Shown here piece after piece: positions 11,414-21,196 of a DNA stretch of 64,000 bases. Position numbers and translations under genes: made by a program. Source of the DNA: Dudresnaya verticillata (lineage: Eukaryota). Every line of letters begins with the position of its first letter. Within the stretch, counting starts at the first letter, position 1. A model generated the notes under the pieces. It did not search any database and was not told the origin of the DNA. It saw nothing but the letters and a program-made list of their open reading frames with translations. Location: assembly GCA_977862235.1 (NCBI GenBank), contig OZ374559.1, positions 1,178,001-1,242,000 on the forward strand, given 5' to 3'.

Positions 11414-13447
11414 ATGGTCCTCGATCACCACTCCATGTCGTCCACGTGGCGCCGAGCTCGGTGGGCCGGCACACGACGAAATGCGCAGAACTGGGAACGG
11501 ATCGGCGCGACTCCCTTCGTCATCCGAATTCTACAGTTCGGAGTATGGGACCCTCCTCAGCGACCATTTTTGCATGGGCGGATTCTTCCCGAGATACCCA
11601 AGCCATCAGAAGACCTTTCATTTGCGAGAAAGGAGCTGGCAGAGGGTTGCTGCGTTGGTACTTACCAGCAGGTCAGTGCCGAACATGCACAAAGTTGTGT
11701 CCGTCGCGGGGCCCTCGTCTCAAGTGCATTTGTGATATGGCAGAACGGCAAACCAAGGTTTATAATAAACCTGAAGGAACAGAGCCAGCACTGGGACAAG
11801 AAATCGGTCAAGATGGAAACCCTTTCAGCCTTTGGAGCCTGTCTGTGCAAAGGGGACCGTTTGTTGTCCTTCGACTGGTCCTGTGGTTATCGGCATATAG
11901 CCCTCCACTCGCGCATGTGGGATTGGTTCCTTTTCCGCTACGATGGCAAATACTACCGCTGTATAGCCTTGCCGTTTGGATGGACCGCTTCGCCATTCTG
12001 GTTCGTCACAGTTCTCAGCCCTCTCACTCGCTACCTACGGTGCTCCTTGGGCCTGAGAGTGCTTGTCTGGCTAGACGATTATCTTTTGGCTCCTGGGGAT
12101 GGAAGCAGACCCAGTACCGCACAAGAGTGTCGCCAAGTTTCCAGGGACTTGGACGTACTTTTTGGATCCCTCGGTTTGGTACGGCACCCGGACAAAGGCA
12201 TCTGGGGAACATGGGCTACGGAACTAGAGCAGCTGGGCCTCATCATAGATAGCGTACAGTTTCAATACTTCGTAACGCCTTCGAAACTGGAAACGCTACA
12301 CGAGATGGCTTCTGCCCTTTTGCGTACGGGCCGTCAGCGCAGTCGCTGGGTACGAAAGTCTCTCTTATCAAGCTTCTGCGGTCGCGCGGTCTCCCAGCTG
12401 ATTCCTCTTCCCTTAGCCCGTTTTTTTACAAGAAGTCTGTACGACGCTCTCAAAGGGGATGCCCCGCGGCGAGGCAGATACCCCGAGAAGACCGTCAAGT
12501 TATCCCACGCCAGGATGAGGGACCTGCAAACGTGGAAGACTATGCTGCAGGGCGATGGGCGACTCATTGGCGGTGGAAAGCCATCGTGGTGCCTCCATAC
12601 GGATGCCGCAGACGTCGGATATGGAGGCACCCTGGGTCGAGACATGGAGGCCGATGCACCCGGCGAACTCTCCGTGCAAGGTACGTGGTCACCCTTTTTG
12701 CGCCTACGGTCCATCACCCTCCGCGGGCTAGTTGCAGTCCGGCTGGCGTTGGAGGACTCTCTGATTCAGGCACGTCTCTCTGGGGATCACTCAATCCTCC
12801 TCTTGCACGTAGACAATATGGGAGTTTTCCATATCCTATCCAATATGGTGTCAGCGAACTAAGAGCTAATGCAGGAGCTCCGTCGTCTACACCAAGTCCT
12901 GATCACGATGAAGGTGAAAATCCGAGCCAGTTGGTTACCGTCGGCTCTCAACAAGCACGCCTACACACTGAGCAGAACCTGGAATCCCAGAGACCTAGCA
13001 GCGACGAAATGGTTGCTGGAATCCGTCGCCAATTCACTACAACTGCAAACCGTGCAGCGCTTTTGGCCCTTGGGCGAGGCTCCTGCCGCCCGCCGTCGAG
13101 TAATAATGGCACAGTTCGACGAGCATTGGGGCGAAAAACGCAGTCGGCTGTGGAATCCCCCGCCTCCGTGGATCTGGGACACGCTATGCAAGATCGAGAA
13201 CGAGGGGGCCCATGGCGTCATCGTGGTGCCGTATTGGACCGGAGCACCATGGTTCGGAACCTTGAGGAGGCTCTCGCGTAACGAACGAGTCATCGCTCCA
13301 GGCGCGGAGGCGCCCCTCTTCACCTCACCACGCGCGAACCCCGCCTGGGCTCTTCTCTTGGCCGAAGTAGGGAAACAACCGGACAGGCACTGCAGCGCCG
13401 TATTGCCTCTGTCATCCCTCCGACTTCATCCGGGCGGGCAACCCTAA
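11414..13447 (+). pseudogene. YR-1 RT / RNase H / adenine-methyltransferase-like ORF with in-frame stop at 12860-12862
   Basis: KPRFIINL, SFDWSCGYRH, ALPFGW, WLDD, HTDAAD, HVDN, LWNPPP..VVPYW; colinear with the intact YR-2 ORF. Confidence 0.9.
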
Positions 13448-13587
13448 GGCTTGCGAGACACTGCATTTCAGAAACTACAGATCGTTCTAAGAGAAGTCAG
13501 TGGAACAAGTTCGCCAGCTACTGCGAACGAAACAGCCACAGTGCACTGCCCGCCGCACGAGGAACTGCTCTTGCCTACATTGGGTTC

Positions 13588-14445
13588 TTGTTCGAGGAAG
13601 ATCGAGTACACGGCCGCTCTGTCGATCATTACATTTCGGCCGTCCGCACTCGACATCTCCGCGAAGTTCTTGATGACTCCTTCTCTGGAAACCATCACAC
13701 GGACCTGATACGGGCCTTTAGACACCAGGACGATCAACGCGGTGGATTACAAGACGTTCGGGCGGCTATTCCTGCTTCCATCGTGGCTCAGATTCGTACC
13801 TTGGGCCTGCGAGCAACTGAAGGGTCTCTTATCGAGTACTATGCTGCGCTTACTGAGTTTCAATATGTGATGGCATGGCGAGAGAATACCGTCCGCACTG
13901 TTCAGCTACAGAACGTTTCGATGAGCTCCACCTCCAGTTCCTGCGGCAATATTGGCTTTCGCATGCTCTCTGCGCGCCCGTGCTCTCTCAAGGGACGCCT
14001 CGTATGTGGTGTCGGGGCGTGTGACCTCACGTGCCGGCATCGGCCTCTCCGGTTCTCCGTCCGTAATCCATTGGCACTACAGTGGCGCTATTTCCAACGC
14101 CGAACGGCACGCAGCAGCCCGGAAGAACTCTATTGGACCTTTGCACATACGGAACTACGGCCGCAGCTCGTCACTACTGCACTTCAGGCCTGGCTCGAAG
14201 CCTTGCAAGTCATTCCTCCGCCATTCGCCTCTTACTCATCGCACAGCTTACGAAGCGGCTGCGTCACCGCTCTTATATTACTAAATGTTCCAGTAGCCCG
14301 CATCACGCAGAGAGGAGGGTGGCGCAACAGCCATACGGTCGTCAACGTCTATTATGATTCAAGGCTTCACCTGTCAACGGAAATGGGTCACTATTTCTGG
14401 TCTCTCTTGGACTCATCCGGTCCGCGGATCCCGCCCCCTCAATAA
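13588..14445 (+). CDS. YR-1 tyrosine recombinase (N-terminus probably frameshifted)
   Basis: AWRE, SHSLRSG, QRGGWR, NVYYD catalytic R-HxxR-W-Y pattern. Confidence 0.88.
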   Translation: MFEEDRVHGRSVDHYISAVRTRHLREVLDDSFSGNHHTDLIRAFRHQDDQRGGLQDVRAAIPASIVAQIRTLGLRATEGSLIEYYAALTEFQYVMAWRENTVRTVQLQNVSMSSTSSSCGNIGFRMLSARPCSLKGRLVCGVGACDLTCRHRPLRFSVRNPLALQWRYFQRRTARSSPEELYWTFAHTELRPQLVTTALQAWLEALQVIPPPFASYSSHSLRSGCVTALILLNVPVARITQRGGWRNSHTVVNVYYDSRLHLSTEMGHYFWSLLDSSGPRIPPPQ

Positions 14446-14469
14446 GCTGCACTTCGTTACGGTTTCCGA

Positions 14470-14747
14470 TTTTCAGTTTGTGTCTCGATGCGTCTACACT
14501 GGTGAAAAGACCTTACTGGGGATAGCGAGCCCTGCCGAGCGTCCTGAAGCAGCAACAACCCTATACAACTTCTACCCGAAAGGGGTTTCTACGGGTCTGT
14601 GCAACTTTTAGCACTATATTTGGCAGTGCACTGTTTGGGGCTGAACCATATGGTGTTACCAAATTTAGAGGCTCTGGAGGGGATATAAGCACTACAGTCC
14701 AGCTTAGACAACCCCTCCGTCTCCCCTAAGTTCTTTCCTTCGTTCTC
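14470..14747 (+). repeat. YR-1 repeat A2
   Basis: Direct repeat of 374-651; followed by a unique 143-bp tail to 14890. Confidence 0.93.
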
Positions 14748-15021
14748 CCGCCCACCCACCCTTCATCTTTCTCGACTTCAAGTCCTTCCTTCGTTTCCAT
14801 CATTTCTGTTGAGCATTCTTGCTGTTTGTTGTTAGTCATTGCATTCGACTACTCTTCTTCTGCAACAACAAAAGTAGTCATTTCCTTTTCACAAAGCAAT
14901 TCAGAATGCCTTTAGCCAGAAATTGCAGCTTGAGGGCTGCTAGATGGAATTATTCACTCAATGGGGATATCTACATCTATAAAAAAACTGGACGTGGAAC
15001 TGCTGTTCAGCGACCGCGTTC

Positions 15022-15031
15022 TCTATATAAA
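15022..15031 (+). promoter_or_regulatory. TATA-like box upstream of secreted-protein gene A
   Basis: CTATATAAAG about 185 bp before the ATG, present in all MNVT-type copies. Confidence 0.4.
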
Positions 15032-15207
15032 GCGAAAGATCGAATCCAGACAACGACCTCTCCGACACAACAACACAAACCGACCATCGGTACCATCAAA
15101 GCCCAGCCTCGAGAAATCCAAGTTGCCACAAGCTCAAATAGAGAAACGCATTTCCAAGCTACTGTGATCAGAAGGTGTTCGACCAGCACAACTCCCACAA
15201 AATCGCC

Positions 15208-15939
15208 ATGAATGTTACCATCCTGTTCTTCACCATTGCTTTGTTGGCATGTGCCTTCGCTACACCCCAGGTCGTCATTGACAGCATCAGGGTTCTTGAC
15301 GATGCTGAACTGCAGGATTTTGCAATTGTGCCCAATCTAACTCGTGCTCCATCTGAGGTCGCAGTTTATGCCGTCCATAGCACGGAATCCGGATACGCCC
15401 GTACCACCAACGTCGGGCTTACTGTGCAGAAGGGCACCAGTGGGACTCTGCACTTCAGAATTCATGTATACACGGCGACGGCTTCAGTTTTAGACGAGCT
15501 TTCTGAGGAATACGAGAAGTCACTCACTAAGACTGAACTGAAGAGCTTGCAAATTCAGAAAAAGCTCTCCACAGGGGCTTACGATATTCCATGGCTGAAG
15601 ACTCTCGGCATCGATCTCGATAAGGGCACCAGTCAATATGACTTGGAGCGGGAGTTCCAATTGCAGAACCGTTACAATAATCGGTCAACTACAGCTAAGA
15701 AACTGCTCAAGAGTGTTATTGAGCAGAATCTTGAGGTGACTGGTCATCTTACTGCACATGGTATCAGCTACATCCCAACTACCGTTTATTCGTTCATCAA
15801 GTTTGCGAGGATATATCTCACAGACGGTACCTACAAGACAGTTATCTCCAACCATCCAGGAAGTCTGGAAGCCGCTACTAAGGACGGTAAGAGCGTTGCT
15901 CCTTCAGACAATGGCGGGATCAAGATTATGTCGCTCTAA
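15208..15939 (+). CDS. Secreted protein family, copy A (243 aa, unknown function)
   Basis: Hydrophobic signal peptide MNVTILFFTIALLACAFA; intact; six near-identical copies in the window. Confidence 0.88.
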   Translation: MNVTILFFTIALLACAFATPQVVIDSIRVLDDAELQDFAIVPNLTRAPSEVAVYAVHSTESGYARTTNVGLTVQKGTSGTLHFRIHVYTATASVLDELSEEYEKSLTKTELKSLQIQKKLSTGAYDIPWLKTLGIDLDKGTSQYDLEREFQLQNRYNNRSTTAKKLLKSVIEQNLEVTGHLTAHGISYIPTTVYSFIKFARIYLTDGTYKTVISNHPGSLEAATKDGKSVAPSDNGGIKIMSL

Positions 15940-16836
15940 GTGTTGAGACTTGAGAGCTGTGGCTTGATGGATTGCAACCTGGTTACGATACAAATCTGGA
16001 TTCCAAGTAAGATATATTAGAGAGCATGCGAGGGTGAGCATTGCATATATTTTCGCGTGGTATAGTTGGTCGATTGCACCTTGACATGTAAATGTACTGT
16101 TGTCATATCTGATATAAGAGGCGGGGTTTTCAGCTACATAGTTTCTAGAACAGGTAGCGAACTTCTTCAAAGGTAGTACGAGAGTTGCCCAGACGTCAAG
16201 GAAATCGTCTCTTGTATTTCTCTGAGCATTCTGCTTTCATTCATTATGAATATATGAGTAAAGCATTCATTAGGGGTTTCCGCCGTTCGTCTTGCTTCAA
16301 CAAAGTTGTGATGATGAGCAGTCTGCAATAACCAATAGACACAATTTATTTTAATCTATGAAATCAATAGACTGGTTAGAACATTTTCCCGTCGTCGTAT
16401 ACGGGAGCCTGTCAGGAGGATTTTCTTGGAATGCCACCGCAGCAAGGGAGGGCTGGAGCTGCAGGTGGTGAGAAGTGTCGAAGGAGTGGGAGCTCTCGAG
16501 TGGTCCGCGCGTGTGGTCACAATGTGACACCAAAATGTGCGTCGTGTTGGAGACTATAGCACCGAGTCATAGTGCTGCAATGTAGTTCTGCTCAGGTCTA
16601 GCTGCTACGTAGCTGTTTCCTGTCACCACCGCCGCCGCCGTCGTCGCTGTCTCTATTGGCAAGTAGACAACGCAACGGGTATTTGTGCGCGCGGCGGGCG
16701 CGGCGGCAGAGTCTCGTTAAGGGTAGAGATCTTCACAACCTCTCACGCACATCCAGTTTCATCGTAGACCGGACGAGACTTGGAACAAGACGCATTGGCC
16801 GTTCAGCGTCCTCTCCGGGAGTTTTCGTATCTTTTC

Positions 16837-17161
16837 CATGTTGTGTCAAAGATGCCGCTTTACAGGTATGAAAAGACTGACCAAGAACAGCGAACTTCGC
16901 TGAGCGTACCGAAGGGGTATCTAGGGTACTGTATATGGTCCACCGAATAGTTGTCACCAGGATTGACGCCGACTCAAGATGGTTCGCAAATGCAGGACGC
17001 TAATTTGGGTACAGTGCCGAAAATGATGTCAACAACAGTGACTCCCACGACTCCCGGGCGATACTCCGCAATGCCTTGTACGCTACTTTCGGGGACATCT
17101 AGGCTGTACTTAAGGGAGCCGGAAACTCTTCGTAGAGAGTTCCGCAAGTTCATCCTTTTCC
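16837..17161 (+). repeat. YR-2 repeat A1
   Basis: Matches 20869-21196 apart from a 3-nt indel and a few substitutions. Confidence 0.93.
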
Positions 17162-17214
17162 AACAAGTTGGTAAAGGTGTCACGCTCATTTCCGAGTGGG
17201 AACGTCTCAGACCG

Positions 17215-17802
17215 ATGACCGAGAACCGAGCCTTTCGAGAAAGCAACATCAAAGATGCCGAACCGGAGGAGTACAGCAAGGTTCTCAATCACCTCATGGC
17301 TAACAGTCTTGTTGGTCGTGTACATCTTTGGCCACGCATCGAATTTGTTCAACCGCATCATCCAAGCTATTTCAAGCCCCAGTCCAATTTGTACCGCGAC
17401 ACCGTCAAAAAGGATCGCCGTAATGGGAAAGAGCTCGAATACATACACAGCTCCGGTACTTGGTTGGAACAGTCGCTTGCCGCCCTGGAACTATTCAAGT
17501 CTAGTTCGGATCCAGAAGAGCAGGGTCGCTTGCTCTTCATACTCGAAGAATCAATTCGTGCCAGTAAGGAAATCCTCGCGATGCGTACATCGCATTTCCA
17601 CGCCATTCTCACGAAGGGTCCAGCACATGCACGCCTGCTTGCTGATCTTGTCGAGGCTAAGGTGGAAGCAAAGCACTCTCAAGTACCTTCCGCACTCTAC
17701 GCCGATGTCTATAATGCGCTATCTGCCAAATACATCAACGAAGCTGCGAAAGGCATCGCTCGTAACGCTACCGCGCCCAAGGAGGGTGCGAGCGATCAAT
17801 GA
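17215..17802 (+). CDS. YR-2 ORF1 (gag-position protein)
   Basis: Homologous to YR-1 ORF1; ATG at 17215 aligns with YR-1 ATG 711. Confidence 0.78.
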   Translation: MTENRAFRESNIKDAEPEEYSKVLNHLMANSLVGRVHLWPRIEFVQPHHPSYFKPQSNLYRDTVKKDRRNGKELEYIHSSGTWLEQSLAALELFKSSSDPEEQGRLLFILEESIRASKEILAMRTSHFHAILTKGPAHARLLADLVEAKVEAKHSQVPSALYADVYNALSAKYINEAAKGIARNATAPKEGASDQ

Positions 17803-19837
17803 TGGCTCCCACAGGACCATTACGCCCGGAAACCTGGTCACAGGCGCGATGGGCATCCACCCAACGCCAGGCGAACGAGTGGGCCGGGATTGGGCATCCT
17901 GTTTCGTGATTCGGATGTTAACATTTGGTATTTGGGACCCTCCCCAGCGACCCTTCACAGCTGGAGCTATCCTGCCTGCAGTGCCACAGTCAAAGGTGGA
18001 TATGCGTTTTGCCAAGTCGGATCTGGAGGAAGGATGCAAAGTTGGTACATACCAACGCGTGTCCGAAGCGTACGCGAAGAAGAAAGTGCAGCAAGGCTGT
18101 TACGTTTCCTCCGCATTTGTGGAATGGAGTTCCGGCAAAGGTCGATTCGTTATCAACCTAGAACGCCAGTCATCGCATTGGGACGAGAAGTCTGTAATGA
18201 TGGAATCGCTCAGCTCCTTTGCTTCCTGCCTTGTTCAAGGGGACCACATGCTGTCGTTCGACTGGAAGAGTGGATATCGACATTTCCGACTCCATTCACG
18301 CATGTGGGATTGGTTCTTGTTTCACTACGACGGCTGTTTCTACCGCTGCATTGCATTACCTTTCGGTTGGACGAGGTCACCCTATTGGTTTTGCCATCTC
18401 CTAAGTCCGCTGACTCGGTATATGCGCTCTGCATTGTATTGCCGCGTCCTCCAATGGATAGACGATTACCTCCTCGTCCCTGGAAACGGTTCTTCGTCCA
18501 GCACCTCAAAGGACTGCGAGGATCTCTCGTCAGCTCTGGACGTTCTGTTCAACCGACTGGGATTATTGAGACACCCATCCGAAGGCGTCTGGGGATCTGG
18601 CGCCACTACCCTGTCACATCTCGGAGTTACAATAGATACAGTAGCATTTCGCTACTTTGTAACCCAGGAGAAGCTAGGGAAACTGCAAGATCATGCGGCG
18701 TCCTTGCTCAAGACTGCAGCCAAAGGTTCTCGGTGGGTACGGGAGCGGTCTATAGCAGAATTTACGGGACGCGCTATATACCAGACGCTCCCCCTCCCTC
18801 TTGCACGTTTCTTCACGAGGAGCTTGTACGACGATATGAAGAACTCCAAACCGCGGAGAGGAAGGTACCCGGAGCAATGTGTGCGTCTTTCAAATGCAGG
18901 CCTTCGAGATCTCAAGGCTTGGCGACATATGCTACAGGGGGATGGAAGATTGATAGGTGGCGGCAACCCACATTGGAACCTGCACACGGATGCTGCAGAT
19001 GTAGGTTTTGGAGGAACGCTGGGGCGGAATATGGCTGCTGGCTCTCCCGGAGACGTGGAAGTTCAAGGTATATGGTCTCCGTTCTTGCGTCTCAAATCCA
19101 TTACTCACCGCGAGCTTTTAGCCGTCCGACTCTCATTGCAGTCCGATCTAGTCCACGCTCGAGTCTCTGGTACCCACGAGAGGCTGATTCTACATTTGGA
19201 CAACATGAGCGTATTTTATATTATCAACAACATGGTATCCAGTATCCCGGAGCTAATGGACGAGTTACGCGCCCTTCACCAAGTCTTAGTGGAGATGAAA
19301 GTCACCCTACGCGCCGTATGGCTTCCTTCCGCGGTCAACAAGCATGCGGATCGCCTCAGCCGTACCTGGAATCCGAAGGACCTGAAAGCGACTCCTTCAC
19401 TGATGCAATCGTTGCAGGAGTCCTTGCAGCTTCAGCGGGTGCGGCGTTATTGGCCTCTAGGGGACGCCACGGCGGCTCGAGCCAAGGTAATCAAGGCGCA
19501 ACTGGAAGAATTCTGGGGAGACGGCCAGAGCAGACTCTGGAACCCTCCCCCCCAGTGGATAGCAACCACACTCCTCAAGATCGAGAAAGAGCGAGCTCAC
19601 GGCGTGGTGGTGGTTCCGCACTGGACGGGAGCCAGCTGGTACAATTTGTTGCGTCGCGTCTGCCTATCGTCACGTGTGGTCCCATCGACAGAGGGCCCTC
19701 TATTCGACTCCGTATCCGTGAATCCGGCTTGGGCACTCGAGCTGGCCGAAGTTGGACCCCGGCACAAGCAGCAGTCCAAGCTGCCATCGAGACTCAGCTC
19801 TCTAGAACTTCGGCTGGGCGCGCAAGCCGAAGACTAG
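17255..19837 (+). CDS. YR-2 RT / RNase H / adenine-methyltransferase-like protein
   Basis: KGRFVINL, SFDWKSGYRH, ALPFGW, WIDD, HTDAAD, HLDN, NKHADRLSR, LWNPPP; true start uncertain. Confidence 0.93.
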   Translation: MPNRRSTARFSITSWLTVLLVVYIFGHASNLFNRIIQAISSPSPICTATPSKRIAVMGKSSNTYTAPVLGWNSRLPPWNYSSLVRIQKSRVACSSYSKNQFVPVRKSSRCVHRISTPFSRRVQHMHACLLILSRLRWKQSTLKYLPHSTPMSIMRYLPNTSTKLRKASLVTLPRPRRVRAINDGSHRTITPGNLVTGAMGIHPTPGERVGRDWASCFVIRMLTFGIWDPPQRPFTAGAILPAVPQSKVDMRFAKSDLEEGCKVGTYQRVSEAYAKKKVQQGCYVSSAFVEWSSGKGRFVINLERQSSHWDEKSVMMESLSSFASCLVQGDHMLSFDWKSGYRHFRLHSRMWDWFLFHYDGCFYRCIALPFGWTRSPYWFCHLLSPLTRYMRSALYCRVLQWIDDYLLVPGNGSSSSTSKDCEDLSSALDVLFNRLGLLRHPSEGVWGSGATTLSHLGVTIDTVAFRYFVTQEKLGKLQDHAASLLKTAAKGSRWVRERSIAEFTGRAIYQTLPLPLARFFTRSLYDDMKNSKPRRGRYPEQCVRLSNAGLRDLKAWRHMLQGDGRLIGGGNPHWNLHTDAADVGFGGTLGRNMAAGSPGDVEVQGIWSPFLRLKSITHRELLAVRLSLQSDLVHARVSGTHERLILHLDNMSVFYIINNMVSSIPELMDELRALHQVLVEMKVTLRAVWLPSAVNKHADRLSRTWNPKDLKATPSLMQSLQESLQLQRVRRYWPLGDATAARAKVIKAQLEEFWGDGQSRLWNPPPQWIATTLLKIEKERAHGVVVVPHWTGASWYNLLRRVCLSSRVVPSTEGPLFDSVSVNPAWALELAEVGPRHKQQSKLPSRLSSLELRLGAQAED

Positions 19838-20802
19838 CTTCATCTGCACTCTCTTCCACGACAGGGGCTTCGAAGTCAAGCCAGTGGAAGACGTTCGACA
19901 CGTTCTGTGCGCAGGATGACCTCATGGCACTGCCCGCGGCCAAAGGGTCTGTCCTGGCATATGTCGGATTCCTTTTCGAAGAAGGGAGAGTGCATTCCCG
20001 ATCCATCGACGATTACGTCTCGGCTATACGGACAAGGCATCAATGCGACGGCTTTCCAGATCCTTGCCAGGGACCAGCACTGAGCGACCTCGTTCGGGCT
20101 TTTAAACGGGAGGACGACGGACGAGGATCACTACAAGATGTTCGTGTGGCCCTCCCCGGGTCTACCATATGGCGTATTAGATGCTTCGGCTTGACACAGA
20201 AGGCGGGTTCCATTCTGCACCACGATTCGGCTCTTATCGAGTTTCAGTACCTCATGATGTGGCGTGAATCGTCTGCACGGTCTATTGAAAAGCAGGATGT
20301 ATCGGTTACGCATTATACCTCGGGAACTACATCCTACATTTCGATATCCGCACGCCCACGCTCCTTCAAAGGCCGCCCGGTCCGCGGCATTGAGGCTCAC
20401 GCACTGGTTTGTGCCGGATCAGGAGAAGATAACGCGTTGGCACTGCAGGATTCTTTCTTTCAGCACCAGACATTCTCCTCTCCATCGAGTTTGTATTGGT
20501 CACTGGATGGCATGACAATGTCCCCACAATGTGTGACCCGAGCTTTGCAAAACATCCTTGAGAGTTTATCAGTTGTGCCTCCGGCCTTTGGGTTTTATGC
20601 CTCACACAGTTTGCGAAGCGGTGCTGCGACGGCGTTAGTTCTACTAGGTGTTCCGCTCCCGGTGATTGTTCAACGTGGGGGTTGGCGCACATCCAGAATG
20701 GTCATCAATGTTTACTTCGACGGTCGACTCCGTCAAGACTCGGAAATGGAGCGCTACTTCTCGTCGCTCTTGCCAAGCACATCAATCCCGTCCCTGCAAT
20801 AG
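17890..20802 (+). CDS. YR-2 tyrosine recombinase ORF (YR domain in the last ~330 aa; 5' part overlaps the RT ORF)
   Basis: SQWKTFDTFC, YVSAIR, MWRE, SHSLRSGAAT, QRGGWR, NVYFD. Confidence 0.9.
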   Translation: MGILFRDSDVNIWYLGPSPATLHSWSYPACSATVKGGYAFCQVGSGGRMQSWYIPTRVRSVREEESAARLLRFLRICGMEFRQRSIRYQPRTPVIALGREVCNDGIAQLLCFLPCSRGPHAVVRLEEWISTFPTPFTHVGLVLVSLRRLFLPLHCITFRLDEVTLLVLPSPKSADSVYALCIVLPRPPMDRRLPPRPWKRFFVQHLKGLRGSLVSSGRSVQPTGIIETPIRRRLGIWRHYPVTSRSYNRYSSISLLCNPGEARETARSCGVLAQDCSQRFSVGTGAVYSRIYGTRYIPDAPPPSCTFLHEELVRRYEELQTAERKVPGAMCASFKCRPSRSQGLATYATGGWKIDRWRQPTLEPAHGCCRCRFWRNAGAEYGCWLSRRRGSSRYMVSVLASQIHYSPRAFSRPTLIAVRSSPRSSLWYPREADSTFGQHERILYYQQHGIQYPGANGRVTRPSPSLSGDESHPTRRMASFRGQQACGSPQPYLESEGPESDSFTDAIVAGVLAASAGAALLASRGRHGGSSQGNQGATGRILGRRPEQTLEPSPPVDSNHTPQDRERASSRRGGGSALDGSQLVQFVASRLPIVTCGPIDRGPSIRLRIRESGLGTRAGRSWTPAQAAVQAAIETQLSRTSAGRASRRLASSALSSTTGASKSSQWKTFDTFCAQDDLMALPAAKGSVLAYVGFLFEEGRVHSRSIDDYVSAIRTRHQCDGFPDPCQGPALSDLVRAFKREDDGRGSLQDVRVALPGSTIWRIRCFGLTQKAGSILHHDSALIEFQYLMMWRESSARSIEKQDVSVTHYTSGTTSYISISARPRSFKGRPVRGIEAHALVCAGSGEDNALALQDSFFQHQTFSSPSSLYWSLDGMTMSPQCVTRALQNILESLSVVPPAFGFYASHSLRSGAATALVLLGVPLPVIVQRGGWRTSRMVINVYFDGRLRQDSEMERYFSSLLPSTSIPSLQ

Positions 20803-20868
20803 ACTACGACGTGTAGCTCGCCATGTTCTAGTCCCTGCCGCTCTACATCGTCTCCGAAATCGGTTTTT

Positions 20869-21196
20869 CATGTTGTGTCAAAGATGCCGCTTTACAGGTA
20901 TGAAAAGACTGACCAAGAACAGCGAACTTCGCTGAGCGTACCGAAGGGGTATCTAGGTTACTGTATATGGTCCACCGAATAGTTGTCACCAGGATTGACG
21001 CCGACTCAAGATGGTTCGCAAATGCAGGACGCTAATTTGGGTACAGTGCCGAAAATGATGTCAACAACAGTGACTCCCAATACGACTCCCGGGCGATACT
21101 CCGCAATGCCTTGTACGCTACTCTCGGGGACATCTAGGCTGTACTTAAGGGAGCCGGAAACTCTTCGTAGAGAGTTCCGCAAGTTCATCCTTTTCC
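20869..21196 (+). repeat. YR-2 repeat A2
   Basis: Direct repeat of A1; followed by a unique 165-bp tail. Confidence 0.93.

Larger units (their letters stand above)
374..14891 (+). mobile_element. Tyrosine-recombinase (DIRS/PAT-like) retrotransposon, copy YR-1, interrupted by a nested Ty3/gypsy element
   Basis: ORF1, RT/RNase H/MT and YR ORFs; 278-bp direct repeats at 374-651 and 14470-14747. The empty site GGCTTTTCACAAAGC is seen in paralogous flanks near 29524 and 38004, which fixes both junctions. Confidence 0.92.

Noticed and set aside
374..14891. Classifying YR-1 and YR-2 as LTR elements with a TTTTCA TSD, or as DIRS-1 with ITR/ICR
   Set aside because: No integrase or TG...CA ends; the element extends past A2; TTTTCA also occurs internally; no long inverted termini seen
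15175..15207. 254-aa versions of the secreted protein (also at 29773, 38253, 46608)
   Set aside because: These start at GTG; the ATG 33 nt downstream begins the signal peptide and gives 243 aa like copies C and F
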